A DNA stretch of 64,000 nucleotides from a virus: the IMG/VR virus record IMGVR_UViG_3300048855_000013, positions 1-64,000 of that record; one strand, given 5' to 3'. Within the stretch, counting starts at the first letter, position 1. Each line of letters starts with the position of its first letter. Shown here piece after piece: positions 27,046 to 33,398 of the stretch. The translations under genes and the position numbers were made by a program. Below the pieces are notes generated by a model. It searched no databases. It was not told the origin of the DNA and saw nothing but the letters and a program-made list of their open reading frames with translations.

Positions 27046-27117
27046 GGGCCTGTGGCTTGATAGGGAAGCAGCACCTTTGCAAGGTGTTATATGGGGGTTC
27101 GAATCCCCTCGGGTCCA
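27046..27117 (+). tRNA. tRNA-Ala (TGC)
   Basis: Acceptor GGGCCTG/CGGGTCC, D GCTT/AAGC, AC GCACC-TTTGCAA-GGTGT, T GGGGG-TTCGAAT-CCCCT. Confidence 0.6.
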
Positions 27118-27188
27118 CGTAAGGTTCCGCTCAGATGGAGTAGCGGACGAAAGTAGCGGCAGATGGAGTTCGCTAGCCTCACTTACAT

Positions 27189-27262
27189 TGCGGGTTAGAC
27201 TGGAGGCGGTTCCAGCCAAGTCTCATAAGCTTAGGAGAGAGGTTCGATTCCTCTACCCGCAA
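27189..27262 (+). tRNA. tRNA-Met/fMet-like (CAT) with an atypical D region
   Basis: Acceptor TGCGGGT/ACCCGCA, AC CAAGT-CTCATAA-GCTTA, T AGAGG-TTCGATT-CCTCT. Confidence 0.4.
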
Positions 27263-27338
27263 CTACAGGTAGCCTACTATCCTCTGGCCTCGGGCCAGTC
27301 TGACCGCAGAAGCGGAAGGGAACAAATCAGTAGGATGA

Positions 27339-27413
27339 CTGGGTGTGGGGCAGTTGGTCAGCCTGCTTGATTTGGAATCAAGAGTATCGTGGGTTCGAAT
27401 CCCACCACCCAGA
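27339..27413 (+). tRNA. tRNA-Pro (TGG)
   Basis: Acceptor CTGGGTG/CACCCAG, AC CTTGA-TTTGGAA-TCAAG, T GTGGG-TTCGAAT-CCCAC. Confidence 0.65.
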
Positions 27414-27444
27414 CGGCGGGTGCCGCAATGGTAGACGGTGAGCG

Positions 27445-27537
27445 TAGTAAAGCACAGGGCAGATGTCCTAGGAAACCCCTCGTGCTTAGGGCGCGAAAAG
27501 TGACGACTAAGTACAGGTTCGAATCCTGTCCTGCTAA
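27445..27537 (+). tRNA. tRNA-like with a clear T-arm (ACAGG-TTCGAAT-CCTGT). The 5' half does not resolve. Possibly degenerate or type II.
   Basis: T-arm read directly. The best acceptor pairing is poor. Confidence 0.25.
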
Positions 27538-27554
27538 CGAAACAACTGAATATG

Positions 27555-27629
27555 GTGGCCGTAGCCCAAGCAGGTAGAGGCGGTGGACTGTGAATCCACT
27601 CAGTGCGAGTTCGATTCTCGTCGGTCACC
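27555..27629 (+). tRNA. tRNA-His (GTG) with encoded G-1 and C73
   Basis: Acceptor GTGGCCG/CGGTCAC, AC GTGGA-CTGTGAA-TCCAC, T GCGAG-TTCGATT-CTCGT. A G precedes the acceptor. Confidence 0.65.
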
Positions 27630-27652
27630 CGAAACAACTAAATAGAGAACTT

Positions 27653-27721
27653 GTGGTGGTAGGTGATACTGATACCTTGAAACTCAACCCTGTGGGATTC
27701 AATTCCTAAAAGGCCACCACA
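27653..27721 (+). tRNA. tRNA-like (69 nt). Perfect 7-bp acceptor GTGGTGG/CCACCAC but no canonical T-loop. Probably degenerate.
   Basis: Read directly. Confidence 0.3.
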
Positions 27722-27727
27722 ACATAT

Positions 27728-27799
27728 GCTCATGAAGCTGAATGGTTAAGCAGCACCCTGTCACGGTGTGTGTCGCCGGTTCGATCCCGGTCATGGGCG
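27728..27799 (+). tRNA. tRNA-Asp (GTC)
   Basis: Acceptor GCTCATG/CATGGGC, AC GCACC-CTGTCAC-GGTGT, T GCCGG-TTCGATC-CCGGT. Confidence 0.65.
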
Positions 27800-27803
27800 C
27801 TCT

Positions 27804-27876
27804 GGTCCCGTAGAGTAGCGGTTATCTCCCCTGATTCTCAATCAGGAAAACGTCGGTTCGAATCCGACCGGGATCA
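27804..27876 (+). tRNA. tRNA-Glu (CTC)
   Basis: Acceptor GGTCCCG/CGGGATC, AC CCTGA-TTCTCAA-TCAGG, T GTCGG-TTCGAAT-CCGAC. Confidence 0.65.
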
Positions 27877-27879
27877 CGC

Positions 27880-27907
27880 TTGACAAAAGTGTAAACTCGT
27901 GTAAACT
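27880..27907 (+). promoter_or_regulatory. promoter TTGACA-N16-TAAACT (same -10 as the 22.27 kb promoter)
   Basis: Read directly. Immediately upstream of the HNH gene. Confidence 0.45.
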
Positions 27908-27913
27908 AGAGGA

Positions 27914-28192
27914 ATGGTTTACACACGAGAGCAGCGCAAGGTCTATCAGGCAGAGTATCGTCGGAAGCGGCGAGATGAAGCCGTAGAGTATCTAGGCGGC
28001 ACGTGCGTCGTCTGCGGTACAACAGACCGGCTAGAAATCAACCATATTGATCCGCGCGAGAAGGCATTCAACCCTTCCCGTTTCTGGGGAAAGCTGGCAG
28101 ATTACTGGACAGAGATTGACAAGTGCAACCTTCTGTGCAAAGATCATCATGTAGAAGAAACAAGACGGCAGTACCGCGAGGGACTGCTATAA
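27914..28192 (+). CDS. HNH endonuclease embedded in the tRNA array
   Basis: CVVCG...EINHIDP...CNLLCKDHH. Confidence 0.6.
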   Translation: MVYTREQRKVYQAEYRRKRRDEAVEYLGGTCVVCGTTDRLEINHIDPREKAFNPSRFWGKLADYWTEIDKCNLLCKDHHVEETRRQYREGLL

Positions 28193-28264
28193 CTCTCCGT
28201 TGGGTAGGTTACCTGGCGCTGGCCGTAACCCAGTAGCCTGAGACTTCGAGTGTTTCCGGGGAGA
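28193..28264 (+). tRNA. tRNA with probable anticodon GTA (Tyr-type, class I length) and a short D-loop
   Basis: Acceptor CTCTCCG/CGGGGAG, AC GCTGG-CCGTAAC-CCAGT, T GAGAC-TTCGAGT-GTTTC. Confidence 0.4.
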
Positions 28265-28396
28265 CGCAACACAAGAGGGACTCAGCGCCTACGACCAGCT
28301 GAATACAGGATCACGACCCCACCGTGCGGCCTACGCTCTAGCAGCGTAAGCTGAACACATTGTTCCCCACCCTCCTCCGGGATTGGTGGGGCATTT

Positions 28397-28468
28397 GCCC
28401 TCAGAGCTTTGCAGGTAAAGCGCCTGGCTGAAACCCAGGAGTCATCGGTTCAAAACCGGTTGAGGGCA
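28397..28468 (+). tRNA. tRNA-Phe (GAA)
   Basis: Acceptor GCCCTCA/TGAGGGC, D GCTT/AAGC, AC CCTGG-CTGAAAC-CCAGG, T ATCGG-TTCAAAA-CCGGT. Confidence 0.7.
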
Positions 28469-28530
28469 CAGGGAATCATAACCTTGTCAGTTCAAAACAA
28501 CCCTACAAAAGATTCAGGGAACTGTCGTAT

Positions 28531-28616
28531 GGCCTAGTGGTGAAATTTGGTATACGCACTGCGCTTAGAACGCAGCGCCTTCGGGCATGTCGGTTCGATC
28601 CCGACCTGGGCTACCA
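28531..28616 (+). tRNA. tRNA-Leu (TAG), type II, CCA encoded
   Basis: Acceptor GGCCTAG/CTGGGCT-A-CCA, AC CTGCG-CTTAGAA-CGCAG, variable-arm hairpin GCC-TTCG-GGC, T GTCGG-TTCGATC-CCGAC. Confidence 0.7.
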
Positions 28617-28618
28617 TT

Positions 28619-28776
28619 TGACAAACAAGAAAAAGTATGGGAAGATTGATTCATGAACGTAACGCAGGGAACCACAAGTAAGCGAGGCCAGTCGGTCATC
28701 GTGTCCTTTGTGGTCCTCTAATAACAGTTCCTGTTATCACACCGACCCTCTTGACACCGCCAGGAGGGTCTTTTTT
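28619..28776 (+). other. promoter-like TTGACA, then a 22-codon mini-ORF, then a rho-independent terminator (GACCCTC...GAGGGTC + T6). The cassette sits inside the tRNA array.
   Basis: Read directly. Terminator stem at 28744..28770 with T-run to 28776. Confidence 0.35.
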
Positions 28777-28778
28777 AT

Positions 28779-28863
28779 GGCGTGTAAAGCTCTAATGGTT
28801 GGGCACTAGTCTTGAAAACTAGGGGTCGGGAAACCGGCAGGGGTTCGATTCCTCTGCGCGCCG
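28779..28863 (+). tRNA. tRNA-Ser (TGA), type II
   Basis: Acceptor GGCGTGT/GCGCGCC, AC CTAGT-CTTGAAA-ACTAG, variable-arm hairpin GTCGG-GAAA-CCGGC, T AGGGG-TTCGATT-CCTCT. Confidence 0.65.
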
Positions 28864-28902
28864 CTTGTTCAGGAACACTGAACTGAACGAAAAACTGAAC
28901 AT

Positions 28903-28987
28903 GGCTAGTAAACCGTGAAGGTCACGGACCTCCCTGCTAAGGAGCGTGCTCGGGAAACCGGGTGGGAATCGTTCTCTCTGCTAGCCG
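28903..28987 (+). tRNA. tRNA-Ser (GCT)-like, type II, with a truncated T-loop (GGGAA-TCG-TTCTC). Possible pseudogene.
   Basis: Acceptor GGCTAGT/GCTAGCC perfect. AC loop CTGCTAA. Confidence 0.35.
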
Positions 28988-29000
28988 CGCAACACACTAA

Positions 29001-29072
29001 CCCCTTGTAGCTCAGAAGCAGAGCAGGCGGCTCTTACCCGTCGGGCCGGGATGGCAGAATTCCCCAGGGGGA
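29001..29072 (+). tRNA. tRNA-Lys (CTT)-like with a non-canonical T-loop (GGCAGAA)
   Basis: Acceptor CCCCTTG/CAGGGGG, D GCTC/GAGC, AC GGCGG-CTCTTAC-CCGTC. Confidence 0.4.
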
Positions 29073-29088
29073 CGTAACAACTAAATAT

Positions 29089-29162
29089 GGGACATATGCC
29101 GATATGGTGCGGCGTCAGGCTTCCACCCTGAAATAGAGCGAGTTCGAGCCTCGCATGTCTCT
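29089..29162 (+). tRNA. tRNA-Gly (TCC)
   Basis: Acceptor GGGACAT/ATGTCTC, D GCCG/CGGC, AC TCAGG-CTTCCAC-CCTGA, T GCGAG-TTCGAGC-CTCGC. Confidence 0.65.
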
Positions 29163-29166
29163 CTTT

Positions 29167-29235
29167 CGTCCTCGCATCGGCATGCAACCGAACTTTACAC
29201 GTTTGGTCTACAGGGTTCGACACCCTGGGGGACGA
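29167..29235 (+). tRNA. tRNA-Val (TAC)-like, 69 nt with a shortened D-arm
   Basis: Acceptor CGTCCTC/GGGGACG, AC CGAAC-TTTACAC-GTTTG, T CAGGG-TTCGACA-CCCTG. Confidence 0.4.
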
Positions 29236-29267
29236 CAATGGTATTACGTCCATTCAAAACGTAGTTG

Positions 29268-29340
29268 TGCCCCTATAGCTTAATGGGCAAAGCATGTGTC
29301 TTGTAAACACAAGTCAGGAGTTCGAATCTCCGTGGGGGCT
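29268..29340 (+). tRNA. tRNA-Thr (TGT)
   Basis: Acceptor GCCCCTA/TGGGGGC, D GCTT/AAGC, AC TGTGT-CTTGTAA-ACACA, T AGGAG-TTCGAAT-CTCCG. Confidence 0.65.
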
Positions 29341-29386
29341 CTGTGCAACTTTTATGGTAACACCGATTACAACAATAACTAAACAT

Positions 29387-29460
29387 GCCGCTATAGCTCA
29401 GCAGGACAGAGCAGATGCCTACGAAGCATCGTGTCGGGGGTTCGAATCCCTCTAGCGGCA
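29387..29460 (+). tRNA. tRNA-Arg (ACG)
   Basis: Acceptor GCCGCTA/TAGCGGC perfect, D GCTC/GAGC, AC GATGC-CTACGAA-GCATC, T GGGGG-TTCGAAT-CCCTC. Confidence 0.7.
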
Positions 29461-29521
29461 CAATAGAGAGTGTGCAGCCCGGTAGGATGGACGCATAAGA
29501 TGAAACCGCACTCCTAGATTT

Positions 29522-29592
29522 ACCCGATTAGTGTAACGGCAACACGTCTGACTCTGAATCAGATAGTCTTGGTTCGAATCCAGGATCGGGTG
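29522..29592 (+). tRNA. tRNA-Gln (CTG)
   Basis: Acceptor ACCCGAT/ATCGGGT perfect, D GTGT/ACAC, AC TCTGA-CTCTGAA-TCAGA, T CTTGG-TTCGAAT-CCAGG. Confidence 0.7.
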
Positions 29593-29637
29593 CGTTAGAA
29601 TAGACTTATCGAGCGATAAGTCAAGTGTAATGTACAT

Positions 29638-29708
29638 ACCGGGTAAAGACACTGGCCGTCTAGCGCTCTTTTAAAGCGTGAGAAGGAGTTCGATTCTCCT
29701 ATCCGGTA
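29638..29708 (+). tRNA. tRNA-Lys (TTT)
   Basis: Acceptor ACCGGGT/ATCCGGT, D AGAC/GTCT, AC GCGCT-CTTTTAA-AGCGT, T AGGAG-TTCGATT-CTCCT. Confidence 0.7.
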
Positions 29709-29712
29709 CTGT

Positions 29713-29784
29713 GCCGATGTGGCTGAATGGTTCAGGCAGCGGATTGCAAACCCGCGTACTCCGGTTCGATCCCGGACTTCGGCT
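29713..29784 (+). tRNA. tRNA-Cys (GCA)
   Basis: Acceptor GCCGATG/CTTCGGC (one T-T mismatch), AC GCGGA-TTGCAAA-CCCGC, T TCCGG-TTCGATC-CCGGA. Confidence 0.55.
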
Positions 29785-29788
29785 CTTT

Positions 29789-29855
29789 CCCGCTAGTCGT
29801 GGATGCACGAGGGTGTTCTAAGCCTAGAGTCTCGGTTCGATTCCGAGTAGTGGGA
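29789..29855 (+). tRNA. tRNA-Arg (TCT)-like, 67 nt with a 4-nt D-loop
   Basis: Acceptor CCCGCTA/TAGTGGG, D CGTG-GATG-CACG, AC AGGGT-GTTCTAA-GCCTA, T CTCGG-TTCGATT-CCGAG. Confidence 0.35.
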
Positions 29856-29871
29856 CTCATATTGGAGGAAT

Positions 29872-30561
29872 ATGACGAACGTTATGGTGGCTACCCCTGC
29901 TTATGGGGGCCAAGTCACAGAGCCTTACCTACAGTCGATGCTGAATCTGGTCTTCGAGTCTCACCGACTCGGCTTCAAGATCAACGTTCACACGCTGACA
30001 GGTGAGTCCCTCATCACGAGGGCACGCAACAACATGCTCCACACCTTCCTATCGCAGCCTGAGTACGATCAGCTACTGTGGATTGACTCGGATATCGGGT
30101 TTGCTCCACTCAATGCTCTTCGACTCATCCATAGTGAGCACGAGGTCACAGCAACACCTTACCCTCTCAAAGCTATCTGGTGGGATGCAGTGGCAGGTAG
30201 CACTGCTGCGGAGAAGCAACTCAGTGGCAAGCACTATGTGGTCAATCGGATCGGTGACGAGAAGGATGAAAACGGCTTCTCTGAGGTCATGGATGCTGGC
30301 ACCGGGTTCATGTGCATCAAGCGATCAGCCCTAGAGAAGATGATTGATGCTTATCCTGAGCTACAGTACACGTCAGATGGCAACAATCACAACGAAGACG
30401 AAGACCGTAAGCGCTACCTGTTCTTCGACACTATGGTAGACGATGGGCGTTATCTCTCCGAGGACTACGCCTTCTGCCGTCGCTGGCAGAGAATCGGTGG
30501 TAAGGTCATGCTGGACATGAGTGCACCGCCGCTCCGACACTTCGGAAACTACGCCTACTAG
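29872..30561 (+). CDS. putative GT-A fold glycosyltransferase (DxD-type) embedded in the tRNA array
   Basis: LWIDSDIGF DxD-like motif. N-terminal MVATPAYGG. RBS GGAGGAAT. Confidence 0.4.
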   Translation: MTNVMVATPAYGGQVTEPYLQSMLNLVFESHRLGFKINVHTLTGESLITRARNNMLHTFLSQPEYDQLLWIDSDIGFAPLNALRLIHSEHEVTATPYPLKAIWWDAVAGSTAAEKQLSGKHYVVNRIGDEKDENGFSEVMDAGTGFMCIKRSALEKMIDAYPELQYTSDGNNHNEDEDRKRYLFFDTMVDDGRYLSEDYAFCRRWQRIGGKVMLDMSAPPLRHFGNYAY

Positions 30562-30568
30562 GCGTTAT

Positions 30569-30642
30569 TGGCAATAGCTCAGCTGGTTGCTGAGGGCAAC
30601 CTGATAAGCTGCTTGAGGTGGGTTCGATCCCCGCATTGCCAA
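30569..30642 (+). tRNA. tRNA-Ile (GAT)
   Basis: Acceptor TGGCAAT/ATTGCCA perfect, D CTCA/TGAG, AC GCAAC-CTGATAA-GCTGC, T GTGGG-TTCGATC-CCCGC. Confidence 0.65.
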
Positions 30643-30654
30643 CTCTCTGTGAAT

Positions 30655-30686
30655 CCCCTGCGTGCGTTTGACGCAGGGGATTTTTG
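30655..30686 (+). terminator. rho-independent terminator (CCCCTGCGT-GCGTTTG-ACGCAGGGG plus T-run) after the tRNA array
   Basis: Read directly. Confidence 0.55.
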
Positions 30687-30705
30687 GGTCTAAGATGGAG
30701 TCTCT

Positions 30706-30927
30706 ATGGAAAAAATTACACTCTACAGCAAGCCCAACTGTGTCCAGTGCACAGCCACCAAGACTTACCTCGACAGGAACGAAATCCCGTATGAGCCAGT
30801 CGATGTTACCCAGGATGAATCCGCTTACAACCACATCGTAGGACTCGGATACCAGCAGGTTCCAGTGATCGAGGTGGGAGGACGCCACTGGTCAGGATTC
30901 GACCCTAACCAGCTTGCAACTCTGTAA
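30706..30927 (+). CDS. nrdH: NrdH-like glutaredoxin
   Basis: YSKPNCVQCTATK with CVQC active site. 73 aa. Confidence 0.65.
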   Translation: MEKITLYSKPNCVQCTATKTYLDRNEIPYEPVDVTQDESAYNHIVGLGYQQVPVIEVGGRHWSGFDPNQLATL

Positions 30928-31008
30928 CTGATACTGTATACTGGTATGTACGTGAACTCCTCCGTCACGCCATAGACTCGCCGTGTGAACATGGCTTGAG
31001 TCCGAAAA

Positions 31009-31039
31009 GCCCCCAGGCTCCTCCTCCTGGGGGCTTTTT
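31009..31039 (+). terminator. rho-independent terminator (GCCCCCAGG-CTCCTCCT-CCTGGGGGC-TTTTT)
   Basis: Read directly. Confidence 0.6.
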
Positions 31040-31045
31040 GTATAT

Positions 31046-31075
31046 TTGACACATGATCAATACCCATGATATCAT
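31046..31075 (+). promoter_or_regulatory. promoter TTGACA-N18-TATCAT. It would give a leaderless or near-leaderless terS transcript.
   Basis: Read directly. No SD before any candidate start at 31053, 31074 or 31083. Confidence 0.4.
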
Positions 31076-31598
31076 GTCGTCTATGGCTGAAAACGACGGA
31101 CTAGTACAAAAACTCCTCGATGAGCGCGTCAAAGGCCGCTCCTACGTGGAGATTGGTAACAAGCATGGCATCCCGCCCGAGGAAGTCCACGCCCTTGTGC
31201 GTGAGGCTCTGTCTTCGCATACCATCACCGACCCTCTGGAGTTCCGCACGCTTGTGCAACTCCGTATCGAGAAGGTCATCGAGAATATGTGGACGGGGCT
31301 GGAGAAGGGTGAGTGGAAGCAGGCCGAGGTCATTCTCAAGGCTGTTGAACGTCTCCAGGAACTGTACGACCTCAACGAGCAGCGTATGACGACAGATCGT
31401 CATGAGCTAAGTGCTCGTGAGGTGCAGATCATTCTCACAGTGATGGAGCAGCAGTCTGAGCGACTGTTTGAGTGGGTGACCTCTTTGCCTCTGGGCAAGA
31501 AGGCCAATCAGCTAGTTCTTGAGTCGTGGTCCGAGCAGGCAGCCGAGGTAGCCACAGGGGTTATCGAAGAAGTAGTGTATGCCGAGGTGGAGGAGTAA
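31053..31598 (+). CDS. terS: terminase small subunit (putative). The true start is probably 31074 or 31083.
   Basis: N-terminal HTH (RSYVEIGNKHGIPPEEVHALVREAL). Lies immediately upstream of terL. Confidence 0.45.
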   Translation: MINTHDIMSSMAENDGLVQKLLDERVKGRSYVEIGNKHGIPPEEVHALVREALSSHTITDPLEFRTLVQLRIEKVIENMWTGLEKGEWKQAEVILKAVERLQELYDLNEQRMTTDRHELSAREVQIILTVMEQQSERLFEWVTSLPLGKKANQLVLESWSEQAAEVATGVIEEVVYAEVEE

Positions 31599-31599
31599 G

Positions 31600-31764
31600 A
31601 TGCTGAGCGACATCGCACAGGGATTGATCGAACTGACGGAGGATGTGTCTCATGATCCCGATGAGGCTGACTGGTACGACGTAGACGAGTACCTGTCCAA
31701 TATCCCCAATTCGTCACGAGTCCTCAAGGAACTCGTACGATACATCCATTCTGAATACCTGTAA
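31600..31764 (+). CDS. hypothetical small protein
   Basis: ATG with GAGGTGGAGGAG RBS. Confidence 0.4.
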   Translation: MLSDIAQGLIELTEDVSHDPDEADWYDVDEYLSNIPNSSRVLKELVRYIHSEYL

Positions 31765-31776
31765 GGAGTCACCAGC

Positions 31777-33387
31777 GTGACGACTACGTTCAACTCTTCA
31801 CTGCTCGATGCAGCGAAGCTCATGAAGCGCAATGCCCGAGCGAAGCGCTACGCTGTTGACCCTGTGATGTGGGCCGAAGATGTTCTCGGTATCCAGCTGT
31901 GGAGCAAGCAGAAGGAAATTCTGCGGTCGCTGGTGACTAACAAGCGCACCGCTGTCAAGTCCTGCCACTCCATCGGTAAGACCATCATCTGTGCTGTAGC
32001 TTCTGCGTGGTGGGTATCGACCCGTTATGACGCAATGGTGCAGTCCACAGCGCCGACGTACCAGCAGGTACACGAGCAGCTGTGGGAGGCGATTCGCAAG
32101 TTCCACCTGGAGAGCGACCTAACTGGCCGCGTCACTCTGGGTGACGAGTGGTTGATCCCTATCCATAAGGATGGGCGTCAGAAGGACATCCTGGTCGGCG
32201 TGGGTAAGAAGCCCGCTGACTCAAACATCCACGGCTTCCACGGTACTCACCGCCCCGGCGGTGTGCTTGCTATCCTCGATGAGGGCTGCGGTCTGCACGT
32301 ATCAATCTTCACGGGTGCTGAGGCCATCACCACGGCTCCACAGGACCGCATTCTGACTACGGGAAACCCTGACGATCCGAACACTGAGTTTGGGCGCATC
32401 TTCCGCGAAGCTGACAGCGAGTGGAACCTGATCACTGTGTCAGCGTATGACACCCCTCACTTCACTGGTGAAGATGAGCAGATCATGGAGCTTGCACGTC
32501 AACTGGACGCGGCTATCCCTGAGGCTGATCGCGACCCCGAGAACCCTAACCCGAACACCAAGGCAGCCGAAGCTCTTCTAGAGGGTATGCCTAACCCCGA
32601 GTGGATCGCCTCTCGTGCCCGAGACTGGGGTGAGGAGTCTCCGCGATTCATCTCGAAGGTTCTCGCCCAGTTCCCGCTTACGTCAATCGATAGCCTCTTC
32701 ACTGCGGCAGAGATTGAAACAGGCCGTAATTCAGTCATCGAGCCCACTCCGAGCGCCTTCAAGACACTCGGCGTTGACGTTGCCCGTTACGGATCGGACA
32801 AAAGTGTGGTAGTATTGAACGTTGAGGGACATATAGAAGTTCTTGCAGCGTTCTCTACAATGGACACCATGCAGGTTGCCGCTCAGGTTCACAAGCTTGC
32901 TCTAGAGCACAAGGTGGATCAGGTTCGCGTCGATGGTATTGGTGTCGGTGGTGGTGTGGTTGACCGCCTCGTGTCACTTTCACGCTCTGTAGACGAACCA
33001 TACATCGTGGTCGAAATGATCGCGAACGCCAGCCCGCCTGACCGTACACTCCACCGTAACTCTCGTGCCTACTGGTATGACTCGGTGAAGTACCAGCTGG
33101 CTAATGACCTCATCGATTTGCCGGATGGACCTCTCGGTAGTGATGCAGCTAAGCTGCTCCAGGAGATGACCGGCATCAAGTATTCATACCCTAACGGTAT
33201 CATGCAGATCGAGTCTAAGGAAGACATTCGCCGTCGCGGCGACAAGTCTCCTGACTACGTTGATGCTCTCGTACTAGCCTGTGCGCCGATCAATTATCTC
33301 CAGAACGACCCTCTAGCCAATATGCGACCAGGGCAGATGGTGGAGATTGACGTTCTCAGTCAGGTAGAAGAAGTCAGCCCGTACTAA
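31777..33387 (+). CDS. terL: terminase large subunit
   Basis: Walker A-like KSCHSIGKT, Walker B LAILDEG, C-terminal nuclease region. 536 aa. Confidence 0.8.
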   Translation: MTTTFNSSLLDAAKLMKRNARAKRYAVDPVMWAEDVLGIQLWSKQKEILRSLVTNKRTAVKSCHSIGKTIICAVASAWWVSTRYDAMVQSTAPTYQQVHEQLWEAIRKFHLESDLTGRVTLGDEWLIPIHKDGRQKDILVGVGKKPADSNIHGFHGTHRPGGVLAILDEGCGLHVSIFTGAEAITTAPQDRILTTGNPDDPNTEFGRIFREADSEWNLITVSAYDTPHFTGEDEQIMELARQLDAAIPEADRDPENPNPNTKAAEALLEGMPNPEWIASRARDWGEESPRFISKVLAQFPLTSIDSLFTAAEIETGRNSVIEPTPSAFKTLGVDVARYGSDKSVVVLNVEGHIEVLAAFSTMDTMQVAAQVHKLALEHKVDQVRVDGIGVGGGVVDRLVSLSRSVDEPYIVVEMIANASPPDRTLHRNSRAYWYDSVKYQLANDLIDLPDGPLGSDAAKLLQEMTGIKYSYPNGIMQIESKEDIRRRGDKSPDYVDALVLACAPINYLQNDPLANMRPGQMVEIDVLSQVEEVSPY

Positions 33388-33398
33388 GAAAGGCCCGC

